DNA from: Negaprion brevirostris
Taxonomy: Eukaryota
NCBI GenBank assembly: GCA_030324005.1
Contig: JARDVH010000001.1
Location: forward strand, 138,472,084 to 138,536,083
Length of the DNA: 64,000 nucleotides
Reading direction: 5' to 3'
Shown piece by piece: positions 1 through 13,470 of this stretch; within the stretch, counting starts at the first letter, position 1, and every line of letters starts with the position of its first letter. The position numbers were made by a program, and so were the translations under genes. The notes beneath the pieces are model-generated. The model was not told the origin of the DNA. It saw nothing but the letters and a program-made list of their open reading frames with translations, and did no database searches.

Positions 1-905
1 ACCCCCCCTCCCCCGCAACTACCACCTTGCTGGGGTCTCTGAACCTTCCCTGGCTAGAAATGCCCAGATTTACCTTGAAGTCCATCATCTGTGTTCTTTC
101 TTCCTGTGCTACTTGCTTCTGTTGTGGTTGGGACTACTTGAGGGCATGACATTCTATCCCTGAGGGGCACAAGTCGAGGGTGAGGAATATGTCTCCCCGT
201 TAAATTCACCCCATTATGCCAGATTCTGTAGACCACCTCCAGCTCTAGAGGTTGACACACATTCATGGGGGAACTTTGATTAATATTCCAATTTATGGTC
301 AACTTGTGCTGCAATTGAAGTTTTGTGAGCTGTGAGCCTTGATACCATTAGAAAATGATTTTGAGATTTTCCACATTCATTTTAAGTCAGATTCTTACAA
401 TAGGCAGGAAAGTGACATTGATGCAATCTGATTGTCAGGTCCCAGAGGTCAAAGAATGTTGTGCTTAATTATTGCATCTCCTACGTTCCACTATTCCAAG
501 TCTTTTAAATTGTGAATGGATGTTTGGATGTTGAATAAGGAAGAGAGAAATAAGGACTGTGAAATGAGAAAATCACAGGTTAAGTTTAATTTAAGGTGAA
601 ATAACTATTATCTTATGGAATAGACTGCCATCTAGTGTGATGAATGTGGACTCCTTGAAAATGTTCAATAAAAGATGTATTAGATTGGCCCAAAAAGGTG
701 AGTTCAAATGCACTTTATGGGTTCTGTACATGGTCTTAGGGCAACGTGAATGGTGTGGCCTTCCCTCAATATGACTTCGTTACTTGATGATTTTTCTATC
801 AAAATATTTGTCTTTCCTGTTTTATTCTCATCTCCCACCAAAATCTTCCTCACTGCATGGGACAAACTTAACACATTCTGAAAATTGACAATTGTTTAAG
901 ACACA

Positions 906-1746
906 GGGCTAGATTTTACCAGCCCTCTGTGAATGGACTGGGAGGGCCCATAAAATGACATAGATAGGAGGGGTCTTTTACCAGCAATTGGGAAGGTCAC
1001 TGATGGCCGCCAGCTGAAAGGTCACTTGAGTCACTCAGGTCGTCAGTTAAAGGTGTCCTGCCACAGAGGGAAGCCACCATTTATATCCTGGCAGCTTCTT
1101 AGTTGGTTGAGTGGGGAGTCCTATTTGGGAACTATTGGCCTGCACTGGTGTGGTGATAGGCTCTGTATATAAAGGGTTATGATAGGCCTGAGCACAGTAC
1201 TGCTCACACACTAATGTACAAAGATATAAGACCCAAAACTAGGTTCAATAGAGTTGGATAAAGCCTTAGACTAGAGTCAGCTCCATAACTGTACCCTCCA
1301 TTGTAAATATGTACATATTTATGAATTGTCAATAAAAACTTGCTGTTAACACACTCTAAACTACAAAGCCTACTTCATAGTGTCTGAAGCAGGATTTTTC
1401 AAGATGCATCCTCTAATAGCTGTATCCACCCTCACCAACTCTCCTCTCTCCTTGCTAGGACCTGCCTTGACTGGTCCTGCTCCCATCACCTAGACATCAT
1501 TTAACTGGCTAGGAGATCAGGGCTTCGCCATGATATCTTCAACTTCCTGGTGCCATCCTGGCAATGGTCATTGCTGTTGGTGGCACTGCTGAGCTGCTGG
1601 CATTCCAATGGGCTAGCTACTGAATGTGGACAGCCTCCTTTTAGTTGCTTGACTCTGTAAAATGCAATCAGGGTTCCTGCAAACAGCCCAGGTGAGATTA
1701 CCCTCTCTGCCATTGAGGTTCTTGCTGCAGCAATAAAATTCTGGCC
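906..1746. mobile_element. Non-autonomous DNA element with short GGGC-type terminal inverted repeats
   Basis: Starts gggctagattttacc and ends aataaaattctggcc; non-coding GC-richer interior; interrupted by the 1164-1408 segment. Confidence 0.45.
1164..1408 (+). mobile_element. Possible short solo LTR
   Basis: TG...CA ends (tgtatata...gatgca), AT-rich interior with AATAAA at about 1330, embedded in a GC-richer element; no clear target-site duplication (TSD). Confidence 0.3.
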
Positions 1747-1795
1747 ATTGTGTTGCACCAATTCTTTGTGAACTAGAATAGTGGGGAAATGTTTT

Positions 1796-2052
1796 GTGGC
1801 ACAATGGTTAACCCTGCTGCCTCACAGTACCAGGAACTCGGGTTCAATTCCCGACTGAGTCATTGTCTGCGTAGATTTCCTCCAGGTGCTTCGTTTCCTC
1901 CAACTGTCCAAAAAGACATGCTGGTTAGGTGCACTGGCCATGCTAAATTCTTCTTCAGTGTACCTGAACAAGCACTGGAGTGTGGCGATTAGGGGATTTT
2001 CACATTAACTTCATTGCAGTATTAATGTAAGCCTACTTGTTGCACACAAAGC
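1796..2052 (+). mobile_element. HE1/V-SINE-like tRNA-derived SINE, tail type A
   Basis: Head gtggcacaatggttaa...gggttcaattccc with Pol III A/B boxes; V-domain ggttaggtgcactggccatgctaaatt; tail ttcacattaacttcattgcagtattaatgtaagcctacttg. Confidence 0.85.
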
Positions 2053-2606
2053 TTAACTTAAAATTTTCAAGAGTCACATAAACTCACATCTTAACTTTTG
2101 CCGTGCTATGTTACTTACATCATGTAGGGTATTTCAACACTTCTTTACTGAAATTAATGACAATGTACTGACAATAGCAAAATACTGCAGCTGCTGTAAT
2201 CATTCCCTTAACAATTGGGTGGTGTGTCCATGAAGAGAATTAATCTTTGGATGCTGTGATTGGAAGGTATCTGTCTTGGAGCAATGGATAGATTGAATTT
2301 TAAAAAAAGTAAAAAGACCCAGCAGACTTTGATTATGTTTTATGTTAAAACTTTACTAGGGTTCCTTTTCCCTATCTTTTCCCCAGTGATTTCCCTGGAG
2401 CCACTAGTGTTATCTTTTACTAATTTGGCACATTCCCTTACCTTAGCGTTAAACAAGCTTAAACTGGCTGGTAATCAAACGTGAGAACATGTGTCACATT
2501 TGTTCTAGTCAAGATATATATGTATAAATTAAATATTATACGTTAAATTGTACATTTAATTAATAGTGAGTTGTTTGTGACTTTTTATATGTGAGAAATC
2601 TAAATA

Positions 2607-2960
2607 TAAGAACATAAGAAATAGGAGCAGGAGTAGGCCATCTAGCCCCTCGAGCCTNNNNNNNNNNNNNNNNNNNNNNNNNNNNNNNNNNNNNNNNNNN
2701 NNNNNNNNNNNNNNNNNNNNNNNNNNNNNNNNNNNNNNNNNNNNNNNNNNNNNNNNNAGCACCGCCTCTCTAGTAACAATAATGTCATTGAGACCCTCCA
2801 GTCCTACCATCTTTCCATCGCTAACACCCGGCAAGTTATTCACGTCCTCCTCCGTGAAGACCGAAACAAAAAAGTTATTCAAGGCCTCGGCCATTTCCCC
2901 ATCCCCTACCAGTAAGTCCCCCCTCTCATCCTCTAAGGGTCCAACGTTCTAAGGGTCCAA
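2607..2960 (-). mobile_element. CR1 LINE, 5' truncated, interior hidden by a gap
   Basis: 3' end agaacataagaaataggagcaggagtaggcc; ORF2 peptide MAEALNNFFVSVFTEED; 100-N gap at 2658-2757 lies between the two pieces. Confidence 0.85.
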
Positions 2961-3683
2961 TATTTAAGCAAATTCCAATATGTACCCAACATAAAATGAA
3001 AAAAAGTTTCTGGAAATCAGAGTAAAAGGTTCCAGTCCTCAAAATGAGTCATTTTGCCTGGAGGGATTTTGGCTTCCAAAATACAATTTTTGGAATCAAG
3101 TGGAAACATTTTGGAGCCAGTATGTATGAAGTATGTCATTTTAATGAGAGTCCAGGAGTCATTAATGACTGCACAAGCAATTTGAAGTACATTGGTGGCC
3201 AGAAGCAGATTTGAAACTGTAACATTTCAAAATATAAAGCAATGTCTTTATTATTTTAAAACTGATACCTCAAGCCATTATAGAACATTGCTTCCAAACT
3301 TTCCTGTGCTTCCTGACAAGAACTGCTCCTTCACTAGTCTGTCAATTTTTCACTGCTTTACTCTCTATACATTTTTCTTTGTTTAGCAATCAATGTGGGT
3401 TTATCTAATCCAAAATACAGATCATACATTTAAAGGATAGGAAGATGTCACAGATGAAGCTAATATCTTTCATGATCTCCATCAGGAAGTGTCAGAATTA
3501 AATACCAGTATCTCAAACATTCTTAGCATGTGATTAGATTGCAAGGCCATTTTATGGGAATAAACTATTTTCTGACTAAATAGGCTGTTCAGTTGTTGGA
3601 ATGGGAAACAGTGAATTAACCATTTTACTGCCATGGACCTGTATTTAGCTTTGAACAAACTATACTTTTGTTCACATCCTCTG

Positions 3684-3848
3684 ACACTCCAAAGATGTGC
3701 AGGTTAGATGGATTGGTCGTGCTAAGTTGTTCCTTAGTGTCAGGCAGAAATAGGTAGGGTTACGGGGATAGGGTCTGGGTGGGATTGTTGTCGGTGCAGG
3801 TTTGATGGGCCAAATGGCCGTTTTCTGCACTGTAGGGATTCTATGATC
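3684..3848 (+). mobile_element. HE1-like SINE 3' half, tail type B (CR1-like)
   Basis: tccaaagatgtgcaggttagatggattggtcgtgctaag...gatgggccaaatggcc...ctgcactgtagggattctatga. Confidence 0.85.
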
Positions 3849-4790
3849 ATTTATAATAAAAGCAAGAACTGTTGATGAAAATGGGATTTGGAAGGGGGTG
3901 GGGGAGTGCAATTGGTGGAGAAGGAGGTTCATCAAATGCAACATTTGTGTAATTTCTGTGGTATAGCATCTCCCATAAACACTTCCAGATATTTTTCAGA
4001 ATCTATGGCCCTATATGTTTACGTGATATGAAAAATGAAAATATTTCTCAAATATCACAATCTACCCTGTTACATGAATGTAATTCTCCAAGGTCTGTGG
4101 GCAGCTAAGTATATAGATGATTTAACACACAAAATCCATTTTCCAATAGCACGAAGCACTGAAAGTGCCATACATTGCTATTCTTCAGCAGACTCGGGTA
4201 CTCATGATTCTGAAACTGTGCACATGCTGCCAGCCACGTGTTATTCCACAGCTTACTGAATATTAAATATTCTAAATACTTTCCAAGTATCTATAACAGC
4301 CCACAGGGCTAATATATCCTGTTGCCAAAGATTCTCAATTAGTATTTATGACACTACAATGTACATGCACAAAAGTGTATATCCACATGATCAAGCTCAG
4401 TACACTTCAGCCTTAATATAGTGACCTAGCTACACCATAATGATTTTTCTACTTTGACTATTATGGTTTGGACTTATTTCATTGGCAGCATTTCATACTG
4501 AATAAGTAATGACAACAATCTTCTGAGTAGGCTAGTGGAGGCAAAAACTCTGATTTGTTAATAGGCAGATAGATTTTGTGATTGGAAGATTTTTGTGCAA
4601 GGATGAGCTAGACAAATGAGATGGTCACCCACGTCTCTACTTATCTTTACAATATGGGGATATCAGCCATATTCACTTGACTCAACTTAGCAATTTATAT
4701 AATCTTGATTTTAACTTTCGCAAATCTGAGCGAATATAATAAATAAATCTATCTCCTCATAGTCTTTGATGTGTTTTTCTCTGGGAGTGG

Positions 4791-5072
4791 GGGGCATCNN
4801 NNNNNNNNNNNNNNNNNNNNNNNNCGCTGCCTTACAGTGCCAGAGACCTGGGTTCAATTCCCGGCTTGGGTCACTCTCTGTGTGGAGTCTGCACATTTTC
4901 CCTTTGTCTGCGTGGGTTTCCTCCGGGTGCTCCAGTTTCCTCCCAAAGTCCGAAAGACATGCTAAATTCTCCCTCATTGTACCCAAACAGGTGCCGGAAT
5001 GTCATTAGGGTATTTTCACAGTAACTTAATTGCAGTGTTAATGTATTCCTACTTGTGACAATAATAAATAAA
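4791..5072 (+). mobile_element. HE1/V-SINE-like SINE, tail type A
   Basis: gggttcaattcccggcttgggtcac...tgcgtgggtttcctccgggtgctcc...cctacttgtgacaataataaataaa. Confidence 0.88.
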
Positions 5073-6337
5073 CTTTTTTTTAAGTATTTTCCAAACTTAT
5101 TTGTTGATTTTTCTCTTTCAAAGGCACAAGTGTAGATGTACATGATTATGCAGTTGCCTCCATTTTATCTTTCCATTGTCAGGAGATTTTTTAGACTCTT
5201 ATTGTTGCCTTGGCTGAGGTCAGCTAACTCTTTGCACACTGGTGATTGTAGTTGAGATCTAACCTTATGACTCAACACTTCAACAATTATTGTATTGTAT
5301 TTTGTAAATTAAATAATCTAATCTAATATTTTTAAATATTAGCTAGGTTTATTAGTTCAGATTACTGTCCATGAACTTGTACTGAAAAATGTGCATGTGT
5401 ATGTTCTCTCTCTGACTGCTTCCATAGATGAACAGTCTGCTGATTTTTATTTTATCAGCACACATTCTCAGGCTTGGTGTCAGAAGGTAACCATAGCTTG
5501 AGGAGAGTTACTTGCCATTAGCAAAATATGGGAAAAATTGGGGGAGGGGAAAAGTGGTTGGCATACAGAGAAATATTGACAGGATAACTGTTTTATGATC
5601 AGAACTGACCCCTTAATTAACTTGAGCTTCCATGCATAAGAATTGAAATCAAGCAGGACTTGTAATCCTGATGGACATTCTTATCACACATTGGGTGGTG
5701 AAAAAAACTACAGGAAAAGGGAGTTAGGAAACAAAATGCCTTAACCCAATTTCATCATCAAGCGGTATTAGATATTAGCAAGTTAGCTCTGTTTGAAAAT
5801 GCAAACAGATCAGAAGGAATTGAAGAAGAAGCCAATGGCTGAAGGTGATTGGTACTTAGTAGCTTTGGTACATTTGAAACAGTGAAATTTGTTTTCATAA
5901 AAGTAACTATTCATATTCCCTTTGTTTTGCAAAAAATGAAAATTGTTGGTTTGCCCCCTACCTTGATCAAAGTAACACTGCAGGCGTGAATGTAAAACGA
6001 GAGTTAGATAATGGATGCACCAAATTGGCACTGTGTTCAATCACAGTAACTGTCAGGTATAGGAATTAAATTTTCTTCAGATGTAGAAAGAATGTTTGTA
6101 CATCAAAGAGTCAGTGGGTGTCCCAATTTCTCATCGATTTTCATTTAACTTTCCTATTAAGCATGAAGTGCAGTTCATGCCCCCATAAATTAAAGAGCAG
6201 TTTGGTGCATAAGGTGAACTAAGAAATTAAGTTCCCAATATTTAAAGAGGTGGGTTGAGAGGAGGGTGGGTGGCTATTGTGGAGAGGAGTGCAGGAGATG
6301 CTTAAAATGGCTGAATAACCCATCAAGGGAGAAGTAT

Positions 6338-6630
6338 TTATTTATTATTGTCACAAGTAGGCTTTCATCAACACTGCAATGAAGTTACTGTGAAAATCCC
6401 CTAGTCGCCACAATCTGGTGCAGTTTGGGTACACTGAGGGAGAGTTTAGCACAGCCATTGCACCTAAACAGTACACTTTTTGGACTGTGGGAGGAAATCA
6501 GAGGAAACCCATGCAGACATGGAGAGAATCTGCAAACTTCACACAGACAGTGACCCAAGCCGGGAACCAAACCTGGATCCCCGGCACTGTGAAGCAGCAG
6601 TGCTAAACCACTGTGACACTGTGCTGCCCC
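6338..6630 (-). mobile_element. HE1/V-SINE-like SINE, tail type A
   Basis: Reverse complement of the family seen at 4791 (tttattattgtcacaagtaggc...cagcagtgctaaaccactgtg). Confidence 0.88.
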
Positions 6631-7899
6631 AGTATTCGGAATCAGTGGGATGGGGGTAAGGTTGTAAATCAGGGCTTGGTGCAACGTTAGCCACCAGGGC
6701 TGGGGGCTTACAAAGAGGANNNNNNNNNNNNNNNNNNNNNNNNNNNNNNNNNNNNNNNNNNNNNNNNNNNNNNNNNNNNNNNNNNNNNNNNNNNNNNNNN
6801 NNNNNNNNNNNNNNNNNNNNNNNNNNNNNNNNNNNNNNNNNNNNNNNNNNNNNNNNNNNNNNNNNNNNNNNNNNNNNNNNNNNNNNNNNNNNNNNNNNNN
6901 NNNNNNNNNNNNNNNNNNNNNNNNNNNNNNNNNNNNNNNNNNNNNNNNNNNNNNNNNNNNNNNNNNNNNNNNNNNNNNNNNNNNNNNNNNNNNNNNNNNN
7001 NNNNNNNNNNNNNNNNNNNNNNNNNNNNNNNNNNNNNNNNNNNNNNNNNNNNNNNNNNNNNNNNNNNNNNNNNNNNNNNNNNNNNNNNNNNNNNNNNNNN
7101 NNNNNNNNNNNNNNNNNNNNNNNNNNNNNNNNNNNNNNNNNNNNNNNNNNNNNNNNNNNNNNNNNNNNNNNNNNNNNNNNNNNNNNNNNNNNNNNNNNNN
7201 NNNNNNNNNNNNNNNNNNNNNNNNNNNNNNNNNNNNNNNNNNNNTTTTCTCTTAAACAACTGTAATTCATTAAATCGCAAAACTGTCCAGGCCCACAATC
7301 CCATTTTGCCCTTCGCCTCATTTTGGCACTTTAACAAAAACCTTTCAGAATTCCCGGTACGTTATCAGCGGAGTGCAGCAACAATCGAACTGGACAATCC
7401 TACCAGGGTAAAAACCTATTTTGGGACTCCAGCTCAGATCTCAGCCTCCTCTGCTGTTCCTGCTCTCCAAAGATGTGAGTGGAAAATCCCCCACTTTATT
7501 TACCTTTTCAATGTGAAGGATAAAAAATAATCCTGCTGACCTGCTGAGGATTTCTAACATTTTCTCTTATTTTAAAATTCACAGGCTGCCATCTCTTCAA
7601 ATAATAATCAGGGTGCTTTTGTAGCTGTGTTTCAGCAATGGGGAAGAGAATACAGCTTTGTGCAGTTGCTTACAGAATAGTTCCCAATCTTAAGCAGATA
7701 GGGAGAAACAGAGAGGTTGGGGTTGAGAGAGACTGAATGAAGGCTTTAGTACTTCAATCACAAGTGGATACAAAGGAAAATCAAGGGCAGATCAATTAAC
7801 TCGGGCCTTCTTTGGCATAATTCTGTGAATGGGCTGACAGACTACCTTGCCTTGGCCCACTTGCCAAAGACATCTGAGGAGGGAGTAGGAAAAAACGTA

Positions 7900-8400
7900 G
7901 ACAGAAAATTTGCTGCTGGGCAAATATAAATACAAATTCCTAGTTTTTTCCCAGTTGCTTAATAACCGGAAAGCATTAAAGAGAAATAATTAAGCATAAT
8001 GGTAAAGGAAGGAATATTGCAGCTTTCTAATCAACAGAAAAATGTCATCTGCATAAAGACGTGATTCATGAGATTTTTCTCCTGCTGGGATTCTGTAGAG
8101 GTCAGGATCTTGCCTGATCACTGTAGCTAATGGTTCTCATGCTATAATAAATAATGGTGGAAGTGGTTATGGACAGCCTTGTAGAGTACCTCTTTGTGAT
8201 ATGAAATATGTGAAATAGCTCTTTAGGTGAAGAATATATTGTTTTAATCCATTTAGTAAAATTTGGATCAAATCCAATTTTTTTGTGAAGCATATTACAA
8301 AAAGTAATCTTAAATCCATTCAATAAAAAAGCTTTTCATGACATTCCAGAAAATAGATTCAACTGCAACACCTATTATTGATTTTAGCTGCAGCCATCAA
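7900..8400 (-). pseudogene. Decayed L1/Tx1-clade LINE reverse transcriptase fragment
   Basis: Minus-strand pieces read GFDPNFTKWIKTIYSSP, RGTLQGCP, EPLA, LYADDIFL and SGY..NWEK, which is the L1 RT motif order, with stops and frameshifts. Confidence 0.75.
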
Positions 8401-8564
8401 ATTATGTTTTTCAGATAACAAGCCCACATAATCTCGAATATGTGAATACTGGTAGTGATACCATTGACTAATAAGTTTCTTTCAGAGTATTCTGCTAATG
8501 CTTAACAAAATTGAGTTGAATGGAGAGTTTGCATCTTCTATGAAAGCACTTGAGATATGAGATT

Positions 8565-9660
8565 ATATAGAATATACGGTGCAATAACAGCCATTTGGTC
8601 CAACCAGACAATGCCAGCAATTATGCTCCACTTGTGCCTCCTCCCATCTTTCCTCATCTAAATCTACAGTTGAAACCACTTCGTGCATCAATACTGTTCA
8701 TTTCACTCCCTGTGATAGCAAGTTCCATATTCTTATCTTACACAAGCTTCTTCTGAATTCCCTCTTGGATATCATAGTAACTATTTTATATTGATGGCCT
8801 CTAGTTATACTCTTCCCAACAAGTAGAAGCATTCTCTCTATTCACACAATCAGACCATCATAATTTTAAAAACCTCTAACTGGTCATCACTCAGCCTTTT
8901 TTCAAGAGCAGAGACTCAACTCATTCATTTTCTCCAGATTATATATTTTGGGTGTCAAATAAAAAGATATTTTGCCTTTGGATGCATTTCCTGTATCATC
9001 CTTGTAAATCTTCTCTGCACCCTCTCCAGTGCCTGTGTATCCATTTTATCATGTGGTGATCAAAAACGCATGCATATTGTATTTGGCAAGTGTGGTTTTC
9101 CCAAGGTTAGACTGGAAGTTAAGCTAAACTTCTTACTTTTCAGTTCTGTCTCTCAGAAAATAAAGCCGTGCTTTGTTTGCTTTTCATTATGACTGTGCTA
9201 ACTGGTGGTGCAACTTTTAGTGACTGTTATGTTTGAATTCCCTCTGTTCCTCTATCCCGTTTATACTCACACTTCAATTAATAAGTTGTCTCCCTATTCT
9301 TCATACATGAATGTAGAGCCTCACTTTTACTTTATTGAACTTCATTTGCCAAATATTTGCCCATTTATTTATGTCCTCTTATATATAGCTTGTCCTTCTC
9401 ATTTGGTGTCATCTGCAAATTATTGTGTTTTTGATTCCAGAGTCCAAATCATTAATGGAAATTGTGAACATCAATGGTCCCAGCATTAATCTTTCTGGAA
9501 CACTTGTTCCCACGTTCTGACACTCTAAATATCTATCCTTTACTCCTCCTCTCTGTTCCTATTTGACCATTTTTCTCTTGGCTTTGCAGTCTCTAACTTT
9601 CTTCATCTATAATGCAGCACCTTAATGGATAATGAAATAAATAACATCTGCTGCATTGCT
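8565..9660 (-). mobile_element. Old CR1 LINE 3' portion
   Basis: Typical CR1 antisense text: atccttgtaaatcttctctgcaccctctccagtgcc, ggtgtcatctgcaaatt (FADDT), tggtcccagca. Confidence 0.75.
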
Positions 9661-11902
9661 GCTGTGTGTTCTGTCTGTTTTCCCCGTAAATAATTCGATA
9701 AATTTTGTTGTTTATAGCTCAATTAATTTTACAACTATTTTGTAAAATTATAAATCCTGACCTCGAAAGACAAAAACATGTCATTCTATATGATTAAAAC
9801 TTTGCCTGGTGCAGTGAACTATTTTTCAGAGGCTGGATTTAAAGCTATCTTTGCAAGTCAGGAATGATATTTCTGTAATTGAATATAACTTACACATTTG
9901 CAAATGTGAAATCATTATAGAACCAAAAATTAGGGTTAATGTCTTTTGTTTTTACTTAAGGATTGAGTGATGAGGAATCATGACTAAATAAATGTGCAAC
10001 ATAATGTGAGAATGCATTTTTTATTAACTAAATCCAGTCAGTGTGAAAGTGTTGACCACCCAACAATTGACTGAAGACAATACATCATTGACTTTGGTGG
10101 CTTCATTAAAGGAGGAAATTGGAGAACTATGGTTCAATTGTACATATTGGCACTGTCCAGTTAAATAACATAATAAATGTGAAGATGTAATAGGGGGGAC
10201 ATCTTGATGGTAGGATCAATGTTCCTTTCCCTCAGATTGTGTGGGATCCATCTGTAATGATTGGGCCTGTTGTGAACGTGCCCTCGTGAGACAACCTGAA
10301 ATCATGATCATGATTTGTACTGGAGGTGGACTCTACAACCTCTGCTGGAAATTCCTGCTGAGGAAAAGATGCCGTTGGTGTCCTGATGTAGGCAGCCTAT
10401 GTATTGCCTGCAAAATGGCTCCTATTTGTGACCTGTGCAAGTTGGCACTCTGAATTCGGAATCTCAATTAATTTAGTATGAGAGGGAGCTTGAGCTGAAC
10501 ATTTCCACTGTGTCATAGGGAATCTGTCCAGTCATTTTAAAAAATGGAATGAGAAAATGGTATTGGCCCATGGCCATTGGGGATATGTTTCTTTTCCTTT
10601 CTACTGACTATTGAACGCTGCACTGAAGGATATTCCAGCCTTTGCATCCAGCATGTAAATGATGCGGATGGCATCTTAATAGCAGAGTATTTGAACATGT
10701 GTATTTTCACATAATCTCAGGCTTGGGAAATGAGTGTACAGATGGTCATGTGGTGGGACATATCTTTNNNNNNNNNNNNNNNNNNNNNNNNNNNNNNNNN
10801 NNNNNNNNNNNNNNNNNNNNNNNNNNNNNNNNNNNNNNNNNNNNNNNNNNNNNNNNNNNNNNNNNNNNNNNNNNNNNNNNNNNNNNNNNNNNNNNNNNNN
10901 NNNNNNNNNNNNNNNNNNNNNNNNNNNNNNNNNNNNNNNNNNNNNNNNNNNNNNNNNNNNNNNNNNNNNNNNNNNNNNNNNNNNNNNNNNNNNNNNNNNN
11001 NNNNNNNNNNNNNNNNNNNNNNNNNNNNNNNNNNNNCAGTTCAAATGTCATTATGCATGTGCTCATGTGTGCAATTTGATGTTTGTTTTGGGGAGAATAT
11101 AAATAAACCAGTGAGCCATTGGCTATTTTCTTCAATTCTGAATTTAATTTACTCCCTATTTCTATACAATATATGTTGAAATATATATATTTCATATTAG
11201 TTCTGAATGGAAGGTAAAATATTGCAACAGAAAAATAAAATGCATTGCACTTTGAAGCTGAGAAATTGTGATGTTAGACTTGGCATTTAACATATTCAGT
11301 CATTGCAAAACAAAAACTTGACCATTTCCTCCCTTGACATTGATAGCATCCTCCTTGTAGATTTGTGCAAAGTACTAATTTAGTACCTTGGTGATGCCCT
11401 TTCTTTTGCATGCATTCCCTTTTTGGTCCACTTGCTCTTCATTTCCTTTGGTTATCCCTATACTCTTTATATATTTTAGAAAATACTTCAGTATTTCCAT
11501 TTAAGCTCCCCACTTATCTTCCCTCATATAGTCTGTTGCATCTTTTATTTTATGTTTTAGTTTTCTGCACTTTATAAATTTATAAATCTAAACTGTTCAT
11601 TTCAGCTAAGTAGCTTGTAATCTACTTAAATACTTCAAAAAACCGTGGAATGAAAAAATATCACTGGCCCATGAAGCTTGTGCATCAGAGCATGTATAAA
11701 TCTGATCAATCCTGTCCTCTGCCAGATTATTACAGCATCCTGAGGAAGGGCAGATTAAAAATATAAGGTGTGTATCGAACCTTGCATCAAGGGTGCAATT
11801 TTTCCAAAACTGCACAGTGTTGGATCATGCAAGAAAAGCTTGTGTGAAACTTGCCAGCTGCACCAACGTTTTTTCTCACCTGTTTTAGCAGCACTCTGTA
11901 CA

Positions 11903-12182
11903 ATGGAATTACTGAAGTGTCTTGAGAATTGGGCCTCAATGAAAAGGTTAACTAAAGAATATGATTTGGTACATTGACCATTTATGATTTGGAGAAGCAA
12001 AAGAAGTTACTTAAATTTCATACTGACAGTGATGTGCCAAAATTAATGGATAATAGGAAAACATTCCATTCGTCAAAGGCTGCCTTTGTAGACAAAACGT
12101 TACTAGGACCCAAAATCCATAAAATCTCCAGATCGGGCACGTGTCCGGTCCCAAGCTTCCTATATGTAGAGTCTGCTACCTG
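11903..12182 (+). pseudogene. Tigger/pogo (Tigger4/Jerky-like) transposase N-terminal HTH remnant plus probable 3' TIR
   Basis: Frameshifted peptide MELLKCLENWASMKRLTKEYD / TIYDLEKQKKLLKFHTDSDVPKLMDNRKTFH resembles the remembered Tigger4 motif TIYDLKKQKDKLLKFYAESDEQKLMKNRKTLH; the end ggtcccaagc...acctg resembles Tigger4 termini. Confidence 0.7.
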
Positions 12183-12339
12183 GCATGTAAATGCAAATTC
12201 ATTTTTTCTTGACAAGTGATTCCCTTGGACCTATTTTTATACTGTATTGCTTTCTTTATCACAGTCTCAGCAAGTATACTATCACCCCCTTGCTCTGTAA
12301 GTACATAATAGCTATTTAATCACCATTTCAAACTATTAT

Positions 12340-12476
12340 TTGGAGAAGACTCATAAAGACTTGAAACATTAACTGTGTCTATCTCTCCACAACAGTAGCC
12401 AAGCCCACTGAGTTTATCCAGCATTTTCTGTTTATGCTTCCGATTTCCAGCATCTGTAGTGTTGTGCTTTTATTAT
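12340..12476 (+). mobile_element. Penelope-like element terminal repeat (family 1)
   Basis: gacttgaaacattaactgtg...ctctccaca...ctgagtttatccagcattttctgttt...gatttccagcatctgtagt; same family as 16420, 23635, 51676 and 55222. Confidence 0.7.
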
Positions 12477-12677
12477 TTGCCACTTGTTCTGCTTAACTCA
12501 CAAGGGCTCATTAAGCAAATGTTATATTTCCATTAACGATGAAACAATCTTCCACTGAGCTTAGGTGAATCATGATTGTGGTCCCACTGAAAGTTTCAGA
12601 TTACAAGTTATTTCTAATTGAAGGCCATACTTCTATAAATGTCCTGGCCTATTTAAAGCTAGAAACAACTGTAAACA

Positions 12678-13016
12678 TATCACAGAATCCCTACAGTACA
12701 GAAAGAGCCCATTTGGCCCATCAAGTCTGCACTGACTCTGTGACAGAGCATTTTACTTAAACCCTATCTCCATAACCCCATATATTTACTCTGCCAATCC
12801 CCCTAACCTTGGGACACTAAGGGACAATTTAGCATGATCAATCCATCAAACCTGCACATCTTTGGACTGTGGGAGGAAACACAGCACTCAGAGGAAACCA
12901 GCACAAACATGGGGAGAACATGCGAACCCAATGCAGGCAGTCACCCAAGGCCAAATTGAACCTGAGTTCCTGGTGCTGTGAATAGTACTGCTAATCACTG
13001 CGCAACCATGCAACCC
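12678..13016 (-). mobile_element. HE1-like SINE, tail type B
   Basis: atcacagaatccctacagtacaga...cctgcacatctttggactgtgggaggaaac...ctaatcactgcgcaaccatgc. Confidence 0.88.
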
Positions 13017-13249
13017 GAATATTGTACGTCTGGTCATTTAATGTGGTGGAATTCTTTTTAGAAGACGTAAAGTTCATTAAAGGGAAAATAATGTCCAAAT
13101 CATAAAAGGTAAATATGAAGCAAGGCAGAATATAACTTTTTATAAGGAAAACACAATATTCCTTACTGGTATGGAAACTGATGAATGGGAATCAGTTGCT
13201 GCAAGGCCGCTGCAGTGCTATCAATAAGAGTTTGTGAACGTTTCTATAA

Positions 13250-13470
13250 TAAGTCACTAGAAGTATGAGTGTGATATCAGACCAGCTGGAAAGTGGACCA
13301 CAGTACTGTGAAAAAGTGGTGATTTAACCTGAGGGTCACCACACCGAAGGCAAGGTTGAGAAAGCGGTGCCTTCATGAATAACCTCAACTGGTACAGGAA
13401 TTGATACACACTGTTGACGTTGCTCCGCATCATCAACCAGCTGTTCTGCCAACTGAGCTAACTGACGCCC
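13250..13470 (-). mobile_element. Second tRNA-derived SINE family
   Basis: Minus strand begins gggcgtcagttagctcagttggcaga (A box) and continues ...gttattcatgaagg...gtggtgaccctcagg; a related copy lies at 38835. Confidence 0.6.

Noticed and set aside
6539-7337. Long ORFs in the ORF track (also 10676-11195, 37826-38457, 57517-57857)
   Set aside because: They are open only because they run through N gaps.
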